Origin: an uncultured Clostridia bacterium
Lineage (GTDB): Bacteria; Bacillota; Clostridia; Christensenellales; Aristaeellaceae
NCBI GenBank assembly: GCA_946411525.1
Contig: CAMKEI010000003.1
Span: 31,892 to 95,891 of the forward strand
DNA: 64,000 nt
Direction of reading: 5' to 3'
Part shown: piece after piece, positions 38,080 through 47,524 of the stretch
Layout of the letters: every line of letters starts with the position of its first letter
Numbering within the stretch: the stretch's first letter is position 1
Made by a program: the position numbers and the translations under genes
Notes under the pieces: generated by a model
The model's input: only the letters and a program-made list of their open reading frames with translations
Databases searched by the model: none
Told to the model about the DNA's origin: nothing

Positions 38080-39569
38080 TGAAAAAGATTCTGGCGGCGC
38101 TTGACCAGGGAACCACCAGTTCCCGGGCGGTGATCTTTACGGAAGACGGCGAGATGATTGCGGCGTTCAACAAGGAGTTTCCCCAGCATTACCCGAAGCC
38201 CGGCTGGGTGGAGCATGATCCGAAAGACATCCTGGACAGCCAGATTACAGCCCTGCGGGAGGCCGTGCGCCTGAGCGGCGTAAACGCTGCGGATATCGCG
38301 GCGATCGGTATTACGAACCAGCGGGAGACCACCTTCCTCTGGGACCGGAAAACCGGCGAATGCGCTGGCAATGCCATCGTATGGCAATGCCGGCGGACCA
38401 GTCAGATGGTGGACCGGCTGATTGCGGACGGATGCGCGGATATGATCCGGGATAAGACCGGCCTGGTGCCGGACGCGTATTTTTCCGGCACGAAACTGAA
38501 ATGGCTGCTGGAACATTACAATCTGACGGAACGTGCAGAAAGGGGAGAGCTGTGTTTCGGCACGGTGGACAGCTTCCTGTGCTGGAACCTGCTGGAGGGA
38601 AGGCCGCATGTGACTGACGCGACAAACGCCGGAAGGACGATGCTGTTCAACCTGCATACGCAGGACTGGGACGAAGACCTTCTGAAGCTCCTGGGCATCC
38701 CTAAGGCGTGCCTGCCCAGGGTGGTGGACACGGCAGGACCGATCGGCATGCTGGATCCCTCGATTCTGGGCAGGGCGATTCCGGTAACTGCGATGGCAGG
38801 CGATCAGCACGCAAGCCTCTTCGGCCAGGCATGCCTGAAGACCGGAGACATCAAAAACACTTACGGCACCGGCTGTTTTATGCTGATGAACATCGGCGAC
38901 AAGCCGGTGATGAGCCGGCACGGTCTGCTGACCACCATGGCGTGGCGCATCGGCGGAAAACCGGTTTATGCGCTGGAAGGCAGCGTGTTTATGGGCGGTG
39001 CGACGATCCAGTGGCTGCGGGACGAACTGAAGATTATCAGCAGCGCAGCCGAGTCAGAGAGCATTGCCCAGTCTGTTCCGGGCACAGGCGGTGTGTATCT
39101 TGTCCCGGCTTTTACGGGGCTGGGGGCGCCGTGGTGGGATATGTACAGCCGTGGCACGCTGGTTGGCATGACCCGGGGTACAGGAAGACCGCAGATCGTG
39201 CGTGCGGCGCTGGAGGCGATCGCTTACCAGAGCGCGGACCTGATGGATGCGATGATCGCGGACTGCGGAAGCCGGCCGGAAAGCCTGCAGGTGGACGGCG
39301 GCGCCAGCGCGAACAGCTTCCTGATGCAGTTCCAGGCGGATATCACCGGGATTCCGGTGGTCAGACCCCGGGTGCTGGAAACAACGGCACTGGGCGCTGC
39401 ACTGCTGGCGGGACTCGGCGCGGGGCTTTACAGCAGCGCGGAGGAAGCGACGAAGGGCTGGCGGAAAGATCTTGAGTTCTCGCCCCGGATGGACGGAGCT
39501 ACGCGGCTGCTGAACCTCAAAGGCTGGCATAAAGCCGTAGAACGCAGCAAAAACTGGGCAAGGGACTAA
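38076..39569 (+). CDS. glpK: Glycerol kinase
   Basis: LDQGTTSSR, GITNQRET, IVWQCRR, YFSGTK, TDATNA, AGDQHA, KNTYGTGCF, YALEGS, VPAFTGLGAP, VDGGAS. Confidence 0.97.
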   Translation: MMKKILAALDQGTTSSRAVIFTEDGEMIAAFNKEFPQHYPKPGWVEHDPKDILDSQITALREAVRLSGVNAADIAAIGITNQRETTFLWDRKTGECAGNAIVWQCRRTSQMVDRLIADGCADMIRDKTGLVPDAYFSGTKLKWLLEHYNLTERAERGELCFGTVDSFLCWNLLEGRPHVTDATNAGRTMLFNLHTQDWDEDLLKLLGIPKACLPRVVDTAGPIGMLDPSILGRAIPVTAMAGDQHASLFGQACLKTGDIKNTYGTGCFMLMNIGDKPVMSRHGLLTTMAWRIGGKPVYALEGSVFMGGATIQWLRDELKIISSAAESESIAQSVPGTGGVYLVPAFTGLGAPWWDMYSRGTLVGMTRGTGRPQIVRAALEAIAYQSADLMDAMIADCGSRPESLQVDGGASANSFLMQFQADITGIPVVRPRVLETTALGAALLAGLGAGLYSSAEEATKGWRKDLEFSPRMDGATRLLNLKGWHKAVERSKNWARD

Positions 39570-39574
39570 TCCGC

Positions 39575-39595
39575 GATTCATTATTCAGAATCCAG
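39575..39595 (+). repeat. Heptamer tandem array
   Basis: gattcat-tattcag-aatccag. Confidence 0.6.
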
Positions 39596-39626
39596 GGCTG
39601 TGACGACCGTGAGAGAAGGATAGGTT

Positions 39627-40208
39627 TTGAGAGAAAAGATCCGGAAACTGTTTTCCAATGTGTGGACAATCCCGAATGTGCTGACGATTATCCGGATGCT
39701 GCTGATTCCGGTGTTTGCGGTGCTTTTTTTCAGGGGAGAGAAAATTGCGGCGCTGTGCGTGTTCTGCGCGGCGAGCCTGACGGACATGCTGGACGGATAT
39801 CTGGCGCGGAAACTGAACCAGATTACCGACTTCGGCAAACTGTTCGATCCGCTGGCGGACAAGCTGATGGTACTGACGGCGATGGTTTGCCAGACCTTCT
39901 GGGGCCCGCTGCCCCTGGTCGCGGTGATTATTGTGGCTGCCAAGGAGCTAATGATGGTTCTCGGCGGCGTATTCATGCTGAGCAGGAATGTGGTTGTATA
40001 CAGCAACTATTTCGGCAAAGCGGCGCAGGTGGGCTTTATTGCCTCGCTGATACTGTCGTTCTTCCATGACAGGTTCCTGGAGGGAAACGTTATCCTGTGG
40101 GGAATGACGCCGGATATCCTTCTTTTATGGGTCACAGTCGCCCTGGCGGTTATCGCCATGGCGGTTTATACGGCGGGAGCGGTGAAGACATTAACGAATC
40201 GAAGGTGA
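39627..40208 (+). CDS. pgsA: CDP-diacylglycerol--glycerol-3-phosphate 3-phosphatidyltransferase
   Basis: [18 protein letters not shown]...[13 protein letters not shown]-alcohol phosphotransferase motif. Confidence 0.88.
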   Translation: MREKIRKLFSNVWTIPNVLTIIRMLLIPVFAVLFFRGEKIAALCVFCAASLTDMLDGYLARKLNQITDFGKLFDPLADKLMVLTAMVCQTFWGPLPLVAVIIVAAKELMMVLGGVFMLSRNVVVYSNYFGKAAQVGFIASLILSFFHDRFLEGNVILWGMTPDILLLWVTVALAVIAMAVYTAGAVKTLTNRR

Positions 40209-40216
40209 GACAGTTT

Positions 40217-41536
40217 ATGAGGTTTGACGGAAGAGCGCCGGACGAAAAACGGACGGTGAGCATTGAAACGGATTTTGTCCATACGGCGTACGGCAGTTGT
40301 CTGATTGCGACGGGGAATACCCGGGTAATCTGCACAGCGAGCGTTGAAGAGGCTGTTCCGCCCTTCCTGAAAGGGAAAGGACAAGGCTGGGTTACAGCGG
40401 AGTATGCGATGCTTCCGGCTTCAACCACGGAGCGAAAAAAACGCGACGGCATCAAGAAGGACGGGCGGAGCGTGGAGATCCAGCGGCTGATCGGCCGGGC
40501 ACTGCGGCAGGCGGTGGACCTGAATGCGCTGGGAGAGCGCACAATCACCCTGGACTGCGACGTGCTGGAGGCGGACGGGGGAACACGCACAGCGTCCATT
40601 ACCGGCGCGATGGTTGCGCTGACCTGCGCGGCGGAAAGGCTGGTACGCGAGAAGAAACTCCCGATCAGCCCGATCGTACACCAGGTAGCGGCAGTCAGCG
40701 CAGGTGTGATCGACGATGTGCCCTGCCTGGATCTGTGCTACCAGGAGGACAGCCATGCCCAGGTGGACATGAACTTCGTGATGAATGAGAAAGGCGAGTT
40801 CATCGAGCTGCAGGGAACCGGAGAAGGCCGGGCCTTCACGGCGAAAGAACTGGATACGCTGACAGAATACGGCGCGAAGGGCATCCGGGAACTGATGGAT
40901 GCCCAGCGGGAGGCCCTCGGGGAGCGAGCGGCACATATCGCGCCAAAGCCGCTGCTGCTCGTCGCGACAGGAAACGAGCATAAGCTGCGGGAGCTTCAGG
41001 AGATGTTCAGGGATTTCTACACCCTGGCGCCGATGACAGCGGCAGGCTTTTTCGGTCCGATTGACGAGGACGCAGATACCTTTGCCGGAAACGCTGCGAT
41101 CAAGGCAGAAGCGGTATGCAGGGCAACAGGTTATCCTGCGATCGGTGACGACAGCGGGCTGGAGGTTGATGCATTGGACGGAGAGCCAGGCGTGATGTCC
41201 GCCCGGTACGCCGGAGAACACGGAAACGATGAGGCAAACAACGATCTGCTGCTGAGCCGGATGGAGGGGAAAGAAAACCGTTCCTGCGCTTTCCGGTGTG
41301 CACTGGCGCTGAAGATCCCGGGACAGGATACAATCATTGCCGAGGGACGCTGCCCGGGCACACTGCTGACGGAGCGCCGGGGAACCGGCGGGTTCGGCTA
41401 CGATCCGCTTTTCCTGTATGAACCGATGAACAAGACTTACGCCGAAATGAACCAGGCGGAGAAGAACCAGGTGAGCCACCGCTTCAGGGCGGCGGAAAAA
41501 ATGAGAGAAATCATGAGGGGAATGCACAATTCATAA
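40217..41536 (+). CDS. rph: Fused RNase PH / RdgB-HAM1 non-canonical purine NTP pyrophosphatase
   Basis: N-part: [50 protein letters not shown]; C-part: [46 protein letters not shown]. Confidence 0.93.
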   Translation: MRFDGRAPDEKRTVSIETDFVHTAYGSCLIATGNTRVICTASVEEAVPPFLKGKGQGWVTAEYAMLPASTTERKKRDGIKKDGRSVEIQRLIGRALRQAVDLNALGERTITLDCDVLEADGGTRTASITGAMVALTCAAERLVREKKLPISPIVHQVAAVSAGVIDDVPCLDLCYQEDSHAQVDMNFVMNEKGEFIELQGTGEGRAFTAKELDTLTEYGAKGIRELMDAQREALGERAAHIAPKPLLLVATGNEHKLRELQEMFRDFYTLAPMTAAGFFGPIDEDADTFAGNAAIKAEAVCRATGYPAIGDDSGLEVDALDGEPGVMSARYAGEHGNDEANNDLLLSRMEGKENRSCAFRCALALKIPGQDTIIAEGRCPGTLLTERRGTGGFGYDPLFLYEPMNKTYAEMNQAEKNQVSHRFRAAEKMREIMRGMHNS

Positions 41537-41548
41537 TGCACGACTCAC
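41521..41548 (+). repeat. Heptamer tandem array
   Basis: aatgcac-aattcat-aatgcac-gactcac. Confidence 0.7.
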
Positions 41549-41554
41549 AATAAC

Positions 41555-41581
41555 GGCGTGACGTAATCCGTCACGCCTTTT
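41555..41581 (+). terminator. Terminator after rph-rdgB
   Basis: GGCGTGACG-taatc-CGTCACGCC-TTTT. Confidence 0.8.
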
Positions 41582-41616
41582 CGTAGTAAAAAAACAGCGC
41601 AAACCCGTTGAAAACC

Positions 41617-41645
41617 TTGACGATACAAGGGAAAATGTGTAAAAT
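41617..41645 (+). promoter_or_regulatory. Putative promoter of the DUF853 cluster
   Basis: TTGACG-N17-TAAAAT with TG extension. Confidence 0.65.
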
Positions 41646-41682
41646 GTTCAGAAAAGAGAAGAATTGAAACGGAGGGATACAG

Positions 41683-43050
41683 ATGCTGCATGACGGCAAG
41701 ATCTGGATCGGGTCCTGCGAAAACGGCAGACCGGTGTATCTGCTCCCCTCCATGGCGAACCGACACGGCCTGATCGCCGGAGCGACGGGTACCGGCAAAA
41801 CCGTATCCCTGAAAGTGCTTGCGGAAGGTTTTTCAGACATGGGCGTCCCGGTCTTTCTGAGCGATATCAAGAGCGACCTGAGCGGCATGGTTATGAACGG
41901 CACAGAAACAGAAGCGATCAGCCGCAGGCTGGCAGCGTGCGGTGTGCCGGCAGGTCTTTTTGAGTACACTTCTTTTCCGACCGAATACTGGGACGTTTAC
42001 GGAGAACAGGGGATTTCCATCCGCGCAACGGTACAGGATATGGGACCGCTGCTGATGAGCCGGATGCTCAGTCTGAACGAGACCCAGAGCGGCGTGATGA
42101 ATATTGCTTTCCGGGTGGCAGCACGGGAGCAGCTCCCCCTTGAACATCTGCAGGATCTGAAAAACCTGCTGATTCACGTGGGAGAAAACGCAAAGGAATA
42201 CACCCTGGAATACGGCAACGTATCCGCGGCCAGCGTGGGTGCCATCCAGCGTGCGGTTGGCGTGCTGGAGGACCAGGGAGGCAACGTGTTTTTCCGGGAG
42301 CCCGCAATCGACATCAACGACTGGATCCAGACCGATCCGGCCAGCGGCAGGGGTAAGATCAACATCCTGTGTGCGGACCGGCTGTTTAACAATCCCACGA
42401 TGTACTCCACCTTCCTGCTGTGGATGCTGACAAAACTGTACGACCTTCTGCCGGAGCGCGGAGACGCGGAGAAACCGAAAATTGTTTTCTTCTTTGACGA
42501 AGCGCACCTGCTTTTCAATAACTGCAGCCGTTCCCTGATGGAAAAGATTGAACAGGTGGTCCGGCTGGTCCGCTCCAAGGGCGTGGGTGTGTACTTCATT
42601 ACCCAGAGCCCGGCGGACATTCCGATGACAATCCTCGGCCAGCTGGGCAACCGGATCCAGCACGCCCTCCGGGCGTACACGCCGCTGGATCAGAAGGCGG
42701 TCAAAGTCGCCGCGCAGACGTTCCGGACGAATCCGTCCTTTGATACAGAAGAAGCCATTACCACCCTGAAGACAGGCGAGGCGCTGGTTTCATTCCTGGA
42801 TGAACACGGAGCTCCGGGCGTGGTGGAGCGGGCGACAATTTTACCCCCGCAAAGCTATATGGGCGCAATCAGCGAGGAAATCCGCAGAGCGGTCATCGCT
42901 TCCAGCCCGCTGAGGGGCAGGTATGACGATGAGAAAGCTCCTGCCGACAATCCCGAAACTCAGGAACAGCCGACACCGCCGGCACCCCAGGTGCAGGAAA
43001 TGGATCCACAGCGGTTTAAGCTGATAAACGGCCAGTGGTACTATTTCTGA
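41683..43050 (+). CDS. HerA-like ATPase, DUF853/YjgR family
   Basis: ANRHGLIAGATGTGKT, DIKSDLSG, MGPLLMSR, PKIVFFFDEAHLLF, RLVRSKGVGVYFITQSP, LGNRIQHALRAYTP, GEALVS. Confidence 0.92.
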   Translation: MLHDGKIWIGSCENGRPVYLLPSMANRHGLIAGATGTGKTVSLKVLAEGFSDMGVPVFLSDIKSDLSGMVMNGTETEAISRRLAACGVPAGLFEYTSFPTEYWDVYGEQGISIRATVQDMGPLLMSRMLSLNETQSGVMNIAFRVAAREQLPLEHLQDLKNLLIHVGENAKEYTLEYGNVSAASVGAIQRAVGVLEDQGGNVFFREPAIDINDWIQTDPASGRGKINILCADRLFNNPTMYSTFLLWMLTKLYDLLPERGDAEKPKIVFFFDEAHLLFNNCSRSLMEKIEQVVRLVRSKGVGVYFITQSPADIPMTILGQLGNRIQHALRAYTPLDQKAVKVAAQTFRTNPSFDTEEAITTLKTGEALVSFLDEHGAPGVVERATILPPQSYMGAISEEIRRAVIASSPLRGRYDDEKAPADNPETQEQPTPPAPQVQEMDPQRFKLINGQWYYF

Positions 43051-43133
43051 GGTACGGCGCGAAGCTGATGTCCATGTCACTGTTTACCCAACGACCCCTG
43101 AACGGCGCAGGGAGAGAGCGCCGCAAGGAAGAG

Positions 43134-43925
43134 ATGGCAACATTCAAGGTTTTCGATCCTACCACCGGTCAGTATGTTGAAAAAGAAGCCGAAGGCATGA
43201 CCCCCGTCGCTGAAGCAGTGCAGGAAGCGGCGGCTCCTGTGGCCGAGGCAGTGCAGGAGGCGGCGGCTCCCGTGGTTGAAGCGGTCCAGCAGGCAGCGGC
43301 TCCTGTGGTTGAAGCAGTTCAGCAGGCAGCGGCTCCCGTGGTTGAAGCGGTTCAGCAGGCAGCGGCTCCCGTGGTTGAAGCGGTCCAGCAGGGCGGAGCT
43401 CCCGTCGTGGAAGCGGTTCAGCAGGCGGCCCAGCCCGTCGTACAGGCAGTGCAGCAGGCGGCTCAGCCTGTTGTGCAGGCGGTTCAACCCGTTGTACAGG
43501 CAGTGCAGCAGGCGGTTCCCACCATTCAGGTTCAGCCCCAGGCCCAGAAAATGCCTGTAATGGTGCTGGATCAGACGACCGGCCAGTATGTACAGCAGAT
43601 GGTGGATATGGTGCTGGATCCTGCCACCGGAAATTATGTGCCGGCTCCCGTCGCCGTGGATCCCAAAGCGCTTGAGGCCCAGCAGAAAGCCGCCGCGGCT
43701 GCGGCGAAGGAAGCGGAACGCAAGGCCCGTGAGCAGGAAGCCGCGGAACGCCGTGCCCGTAACGATCAGCTGCGGGAGGAAGCGGCCGAACGCGCCCGCC
43801 GCAACGATTCCGTTGCCGGCCGCGTAAAAAACACCGCGATCAGTTCCGCGACCCGTACCATTGTGAACGGCCTGATCAAAAACCTCGGCAAAGCCCTTGG
43901 CGGTCTGTTCGGCAACAAAAAATAA
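43134..43925 (+). CDS. Repeat-rich protein with a YjgR-like amphipathic C-terminal tail
   Basis: AAGGAAGAG RBS; 11-aa PVVEAVQQAAA repeats, three DxxTGxYV motifs, charged coiled coil, tail SSATRTIVNGLIKNLGKALGGLFGNKK. Confidence 0.8.
   Translation: MATFKVFDPTTGQYVEKEAEGMTPVAEAVQEAAAPVAEAVQEAAAPVVEAVQQAAAPVVEAVQQAAAPVVEAVQQAAAPVVEAVQQGGAPVVEAVQQAAQPVVQAVQQAAQPVVQAVQPVVQAVQQAVPTIQVQPQAQKMPVMVLDQTTGQYVQQMVDMVLDPATGNYVPAPVAVDPKALEAQQKAAAAAAKEAERKAREQEAAERRARNDQLREEAAERARRNDSVAGRVKNTAISSATRTIVNGLIKNLGKALGGLFGNKK
43203..43520 (+). repeat. 33-bp tandem repeat array (8 full units plus a 21-bp partial and a divergent final unit)
   Basis: cccgtggttgaagcggttcagcaggcagcggct-like units. Confidence 0.93.
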
Positions 43926-43953
43926 TTAAATACTTTTTGGAGGGGAAATCAAA

Positions 43954-44346
43954 ATGAAAAAGTTACTGGATGAGTTTAAGGCATTTGCGTTCAAAGGCAA
44001 TGTGGTTGACCTGGCTGTAGCCGTGATCCTGGGCGGCGCTTTCGGCAAGGTTGTCACTGCTGTGGTGGAGATCTTCCTGAATCCCATCCTGGAAGCCCTG
44101 CCCAAGACGGCCGAAGGCGGAACCGGATTCGTCGGATCCCTTATTTCCTTCGCGGCTGTGGTAGTTGAGTTTCTGCTGACCGCCCTGATTCTGTTCGTGA
44201 TTATCAAGGCGATGAACAAGGCGAAGGACATGAAGAAAAAGGAAGAAGCCGCGGAACCCACCACCAAAGTCTGCCCCTTCTGCCAGAGCGAGATCAGCAT
44301 CCAGGCGACCCGCTGCCCGCACTGCACCAGCGAGCTGAAAGACTGA
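43954..44346 (+). CDS. mscL: Large-conductance mechanosensitive channel with C-terminal zinc ribbon
   Basis: EFKAFAFKGNVVDLAVAVILGGAFGKVV; FLLTALILFVIIKAMN; CPFC...CPHC tail. Confidence 0.92.
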   Translation: MKKLLDEFKAFAFKGNVVDLAVAVILGGAFGKVVTAVVEIFLNPILEALPKTAEGGTGFVGSLISFAAVVVEFLLTALILFVIIKAMNKAKDMKKKEEAAEPTTKVCPFCQSEISIQATRCPHCTSELKD

Positions 44347-44378
44347 TTCCTGAATAACAGAAAGCGAGATAAGAATTC

Positions 44379-44951
44379 ATGAATAAGATTCTGGTTGAAA
44401 CATCCGCCCGTCATGTGCATGTGACAAAAGAAGACCTGGAAGCCCTGTTCGGCGCAGGCCACGAACTGACTGTCAAGAGCTGGCTGAGCCAGCCCGGACA
44501 GTTTGCCAGCGAGGAGCAGGTTGACGTTGTCGGCCCCAAGAACACGCTGAAGCGTGTCCGCATCCTCGGGCCCATTCGTCCCGCTACCCAGGTGGAACTT
44601 TCCCTGACCGACGCCCGCTCCATCGGTGTGGCTGCACCCGTGCGTGAATCCGGCGACATCGCCGGTTCCGGCGCCTGCAAGCTGGTCGGACCCGCGGGTG
44701 AGGTAGAAGTGGCTGAAGGCGTGATTGCCGCGAAGCGCCATATTCACATGACCCCTGCTGACGCCACTGAGTACGGCGTGAAGGACAAGGACGTCGTTTC
44801 CGTGAAAGTGGAAACCGCCGGCCGCGCCCTGACCTTCGGAGATGTGGTGGTCCGCGTTAGCGAGAAGTTCTCCCTGGCGATGCATATCGATACGGATGAG
44901 AGCAACGCCGCATGCGCCGTGAACGGCACGATGGGCGAACTGATCAAGTAA
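44379..44951 (+). CDS. pduL: Phosphate propanoyltransferase / phosphotransacylase PduL
   Basis: SARHVH, LSQPGQFA, VRILGP.R..TQVELS.TD, RESGD, GVIAAKRHIHM, MHIDTDE.NA. Confidence 0.93.
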   Translation: MNKILVETSARHVHVTKEDLEALFGAGHELTVKSWLSQPGQFASEEQVDVVGPKNTLKRVRILGPIRPATQVELSLTDARSIGVAAPVRESGDIAGSGACKLVGPAGEVEVAEGVIAAKRHIHMTPADATEYGVKDKDVVSVKVETAGRALTFGDVVVRVSEKFSLAMHIDTDESNAACAVNGTMGELIK

Positions 44952-44959
44952 TCAGGATT

Positions 44960-44990
44960 AAAAAGCATGGGTGCCGTACCCATGCTTTTT
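44960..44990 (+). terminator. Terminator after pduL
   Basis: AAAAAGCATGGGTG-ccg-TACCCATGCTTTTT. Confidence 0.85.
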
Positions 44991-45016
44991 ATGCGCCAAA
45001 AAGGATAAAACCGGTA

Positions 45017-45045
45017 TTGACAAAAGGATTTCCGGCATATATAAT
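45017..45045 (+). promoter_or_regulatory. Consensus sigmaA promoter of the SAM riboswitch/metK
   Basis: TTGACA-N17-TATAAT. Confidence 0.85.
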
Positions 45046-45063
45046 ATCATCCGCAACTGAATA

Positions 45064-45175
45064 CCTTATCACGAGTGACCGAGGGACGGGCCCGATGACG
45101 TCACGGCAACCGGCAGAAGCAAGGTGCCAAATCCCGCAGCGTGCACACCCCGATGGGAGGCGCTGACAGATAAGG
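45064..45175 (+). ncRNA. SAM-I (S-box) riboswitch
   Basis: CCTTATC-ACGAG...GAGGGACGGGCCCGATGA...CGGCAACC...GGTGCCAAATCC...GCAG...CTGACAGATAAGG; P1 CCTTATC/GATAAGG; upstream of metK. Confidence 0.95.
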
Positions 45176-45195
45176 ACGGTCCAAAAGATCGAATC

Positions 45196-45230
45196 CCGCC
45201 TGGTTTGTGTGCAAGCCGGGCGGTTTTTTT
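45196..45230 (+). terminator. Riboswitch-controlled intrinsic terminator
   Basis: CCGCCTGGTTTG-tgtg-CAAGCCGGGCGG-TTTTTTT between aptamer and metK RBS. Confidence 0.85.
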
Positions 45231-45266
45231 CGGCCGCGCGGAACAAAGAGAAAAGGAGAAAGAACC

Positions 45267-46436
45267 ATGCGCAAACTGTTTACTTCAGAATCCGTGACAG
45301 AAGGGCATCCCGACAAACTGTGCGATCAGATTTCCGACGCGGTGCTGGACGCCATCCTGGTACAGGATCCCCAGGCGCGGGTAGCCTGCGAAACCTTCGC
45401 GACCACTGGCATGATCACCGTGATGGGTGAGATTACGACCACTTCCTATGTGGATATCAATGCGATTGTGCGAAAAACTGTAACGGAAATCGGCTACGAC
45501 TCGCCGGAGAAATCCTTTAACGGCAATACCTGCGCTGTGATGACTGCTATCCATGACCAGAGCCCCGACATCGCCATGGGCGTGGACGACGCGCTGGAAA
45601 CCCGGGACGGCGGCAAGGAAGCGGACATCGGCGCAGGCGACCAGGGCATGATGTTCGGCTATGCCTGCAACGAGACGCCGGAGAAAATGCCGCTGGCCAT
45701 CGCGTTGAGTCACCGGCTGGCGATCCGTCTGACGCAGGTACGCAAGGACGGTACGCTGCCATTCCTGTATCCGGACGGAAAAACTCAGGTGACGGTGGAA
45801 TATGAGGACGGAAAACCTGTTGCGGTGGACACCGTGGTCATTTCTGCGCAGCATTCCGCGGACGTGGATATGGAACTGCTCCGGGAAGCGATCCGCACCC
45901 GGGTGATCCTGCCGGTTATTCCGAAGGAACTGATGACGGAAAAAACACGGATCCTGATCAATCCCACCGGACGGTTTGTGATCGGCGGGCCCACGGGCGA
46001 TACCGGACTGACCGGACGGAAGATCATCGTTGACACCTATGGCGGATCCGCTCCTCACGGCGGCGGATGCTTCTCCGGAAAGGATCCGACGAAGGTTGAC
46101 CGAAGTGCAGCCTACGCTGCCCGCCACGCCGCGAAGAACGTGGTAGCCGCCGGACTGGCGGACCGCTGCCAAATCCAGCTGGCATACGCCATCGGGGTGG
46201 CGGAACCGGTAAGTGTGCTGGTGGACACTTTCGGCACGGGAAAGACCGGTGACGACAGACTGGCTGAGATTGTGAAGGAAGTGTTCGATTTCAGGCCGTC
46301 CGCGATCATCGAGCGGCTGAACCTGCGCCGGCCGATCTACAGGCAAACCGCTGCCTACGGGCACTTCGGACGGACGGACGTCGATCTGCCGTGGGAACAT
46401 GAAGACTATGCGGAAAAACTGAGGGCTTTTCTCTGA
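45267..46436 (+). CDS. metK: S-adenosylmethionine synthetase
   Basis: [69 protein letters not shown]. Confidence 0.98.
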   Translation: MRKLFTSESVTEGHPDKLCDQISDAVLDAILVQDPQARVACETFATTGMITVMGEITTTSYVDINAIVRKTVTEIGYDSPEKSFNGNTCAVMTAIHDQSPDIAMGVDDALETRDGGKEADIGAGDQGMMFGYACNETPEKMPLAIALSHRLAIRLTQVRKDGTLPFLYPDGKTQVTVEYEDGKPVAVDTVVISAQHSADVDMELLREAIRTRVILPVIPKELMTEKTRILINPTGRFVIGGPTGDTGLTGRKIIVDTYGGSAPHGGGCFSGKDPTKVDRSAAYAARHAAKNVVAAGLADRCQIQLAYAIGVAEPVSVLVDTFGTGKTGDDRLAEIVKEVFDFRPSAIIERLNLRRPIYRQTAAYGHFGRTDVDLPWEHEDYAEKLRAFL

Positions 46437-46537
46437 TTAATTCAGACGATTTGTTGTGCAGGGCAGGCTCGACTACAGTATATTGTGGATCGCCGCAAAC
46501 CCGGCCCAATGACTGTCAAATCCTTTACAAAAAAGGC

Positions 46538-46567
46538 TTGACAAGGGTTTGCTGATTCTGATATATT
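46538..46567 (+). promoter_or_regulatory. Putative rpmH promoter
   Basis: TTGACA-N18-TATATT with TG extension. Confidence 0.55.
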
Positions 46568-46673
46568 ATTTTAGCTGTCCGCTGTGCGGATGAGCGATCA
46601 GAAGATGTTCTCGGAACCGGGCCATTCTCCCGGGATCCGCAAAACGATTTCGAATCTGTGAGGAGTGTTGACC

Positions 46674-46808
46674 ATGTTCCGTACATACCAGCCCAAGAAA
46701 CGCCAGCGCAGCAAGGTGCATGGCTTCCGCGCCCGGATGGCGACCAAAAACGGCCGCCGTGTTCTGGCTGCGCGCCGCCGCCGCGGCCGTAAGGAGCTGA
46801 CGGTGTAA
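46674..46808 (+). CDS. rpmH: 50S ribosomal protein L34 (not in ORF track)
   Basis: Translated by hand: [44 protein letters not shown]; GAGGAG RBS. Confidence 0.97.
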   Translation: MFRTYQPKKRQRSKVHGFRARMATKNGRRVLAARRRRGRKELTV

Positions 46809-46845
46809 TACCGCCGCAAAGCCGAATTCTGTATGACTGTGGATG

Positions 46846-46877
46846 AGGCCCGCCCGTTAACCATGGGCGGGCTTTTC
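46846..46877 (+). terminator. Hairpin/terminator between rpmH and rnpA
   Basis: AGGCCCGCCCGT-taacc-ATGGGCGGGCTT followed by a short T tail. Confidence 0.7.
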
Positions 46878-46919
46878 CTCATAAAGGGACGATTCCGCGC
46901 TGAAGCGGAAAGAAAGTAA

Positions 46920-47279
46920 ATGGAAAGACGTTATCGGCTGAAGAAAAACAGGGCGTTCCAGTATGTTTACCGCAAGGGACATTCTGTCGCCTGCCGTCAT
47001 CTGGTCATGCTCCTTGCCCCCGGCAGGGAGCTGAAGGTCGGGTTTTCCGTCAGCAAGAAAACAGGCAATGCCGTGACCCGGAACCGGATCAAGCGCCGCC
47101 TGCGGGAATGCTTTCGGCCCTGGATCGGGGACGTGAAAACCGGATTGTACGTGATCGTCGCCAGACCTTCAGCCGCAGAGGCCGCCTTCGATGATCTGAG
47201 GAGGGATATGCGCTATCTGCTGAAAAAACAGGACGCGCTGCTGAAGTATTCCTCAGAGGAAGGGAACCGCGCCGAATGA
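46920..47279 (+). CDS. rnpA: Ribonuclease P protein component
   Basis: [36 protein letters not shown]. Confidence 0.96.
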   Translation: MERRYRLKKNRAFQYVYRKGHSVACRHLVMLLAPGRELKVGFSVSKKTGNAVTRNRIKRRLRECFRPWIGDVKTGLYVIVARPSAAEAAFDDLRRDMRYLLKKQDALLKYSSEEGNRAE

Positions 47280-47518
47280 AGCGTTTTTTCCTCTTCCTGA
47301 TCCGTTTCTACAAACGGGAAGTCAGCCCGCGCAAACGCAGACCCGCCTGCCGCTATATCCCCACCTGTTCCGAGTACGCCGTGACAGCTATCGAACGGTA
47401 CGGCGCATGGAAGGGCGGACGGATGGCAGCGTGGCGCATCCTGCGATGCAACCCCTTCAGCAAGGGAGGCTATGATCCCGTGCCGGATGATCCCTTCATC
47501 ACATTAAGGAGGGAATAA
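47276..47518 (+). CDS. yidD: Membrane protein insertion efficiency factor YidD
   Basis: LIRFYK...[20 protein letters not shown]...[17 protein letters not shown]. Confidence 0.95.
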   Translation: MKRFFLFLIRFYKREVSPRKRRPACRYIPTCSEYAVTAIERYGAWKGGRMAAWRILRCNPFSKGGYDPVPDDPFITLRRE

Positions 47519-47524
47519 CCCGGA

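Noticed and set aside
43020-43050. Programmed -1 frameshift fusing the DUF853 gene to the repeat ORF
   Set aside because: The shared open window has no X XXY YYZ slippery heptamer, and the downstream ORF has its own RBS and ATG
46491-46519. Divergent TTGACA (minus strand) as a relic dnaA promoter
   Set aside because: No -10 element at 16-18 nt spacing
46437-46673. oriC upstream of rpmH
   Set aside because: No perfect TTATCCACA boxes, no AT-rich unwinding element and no dnaA
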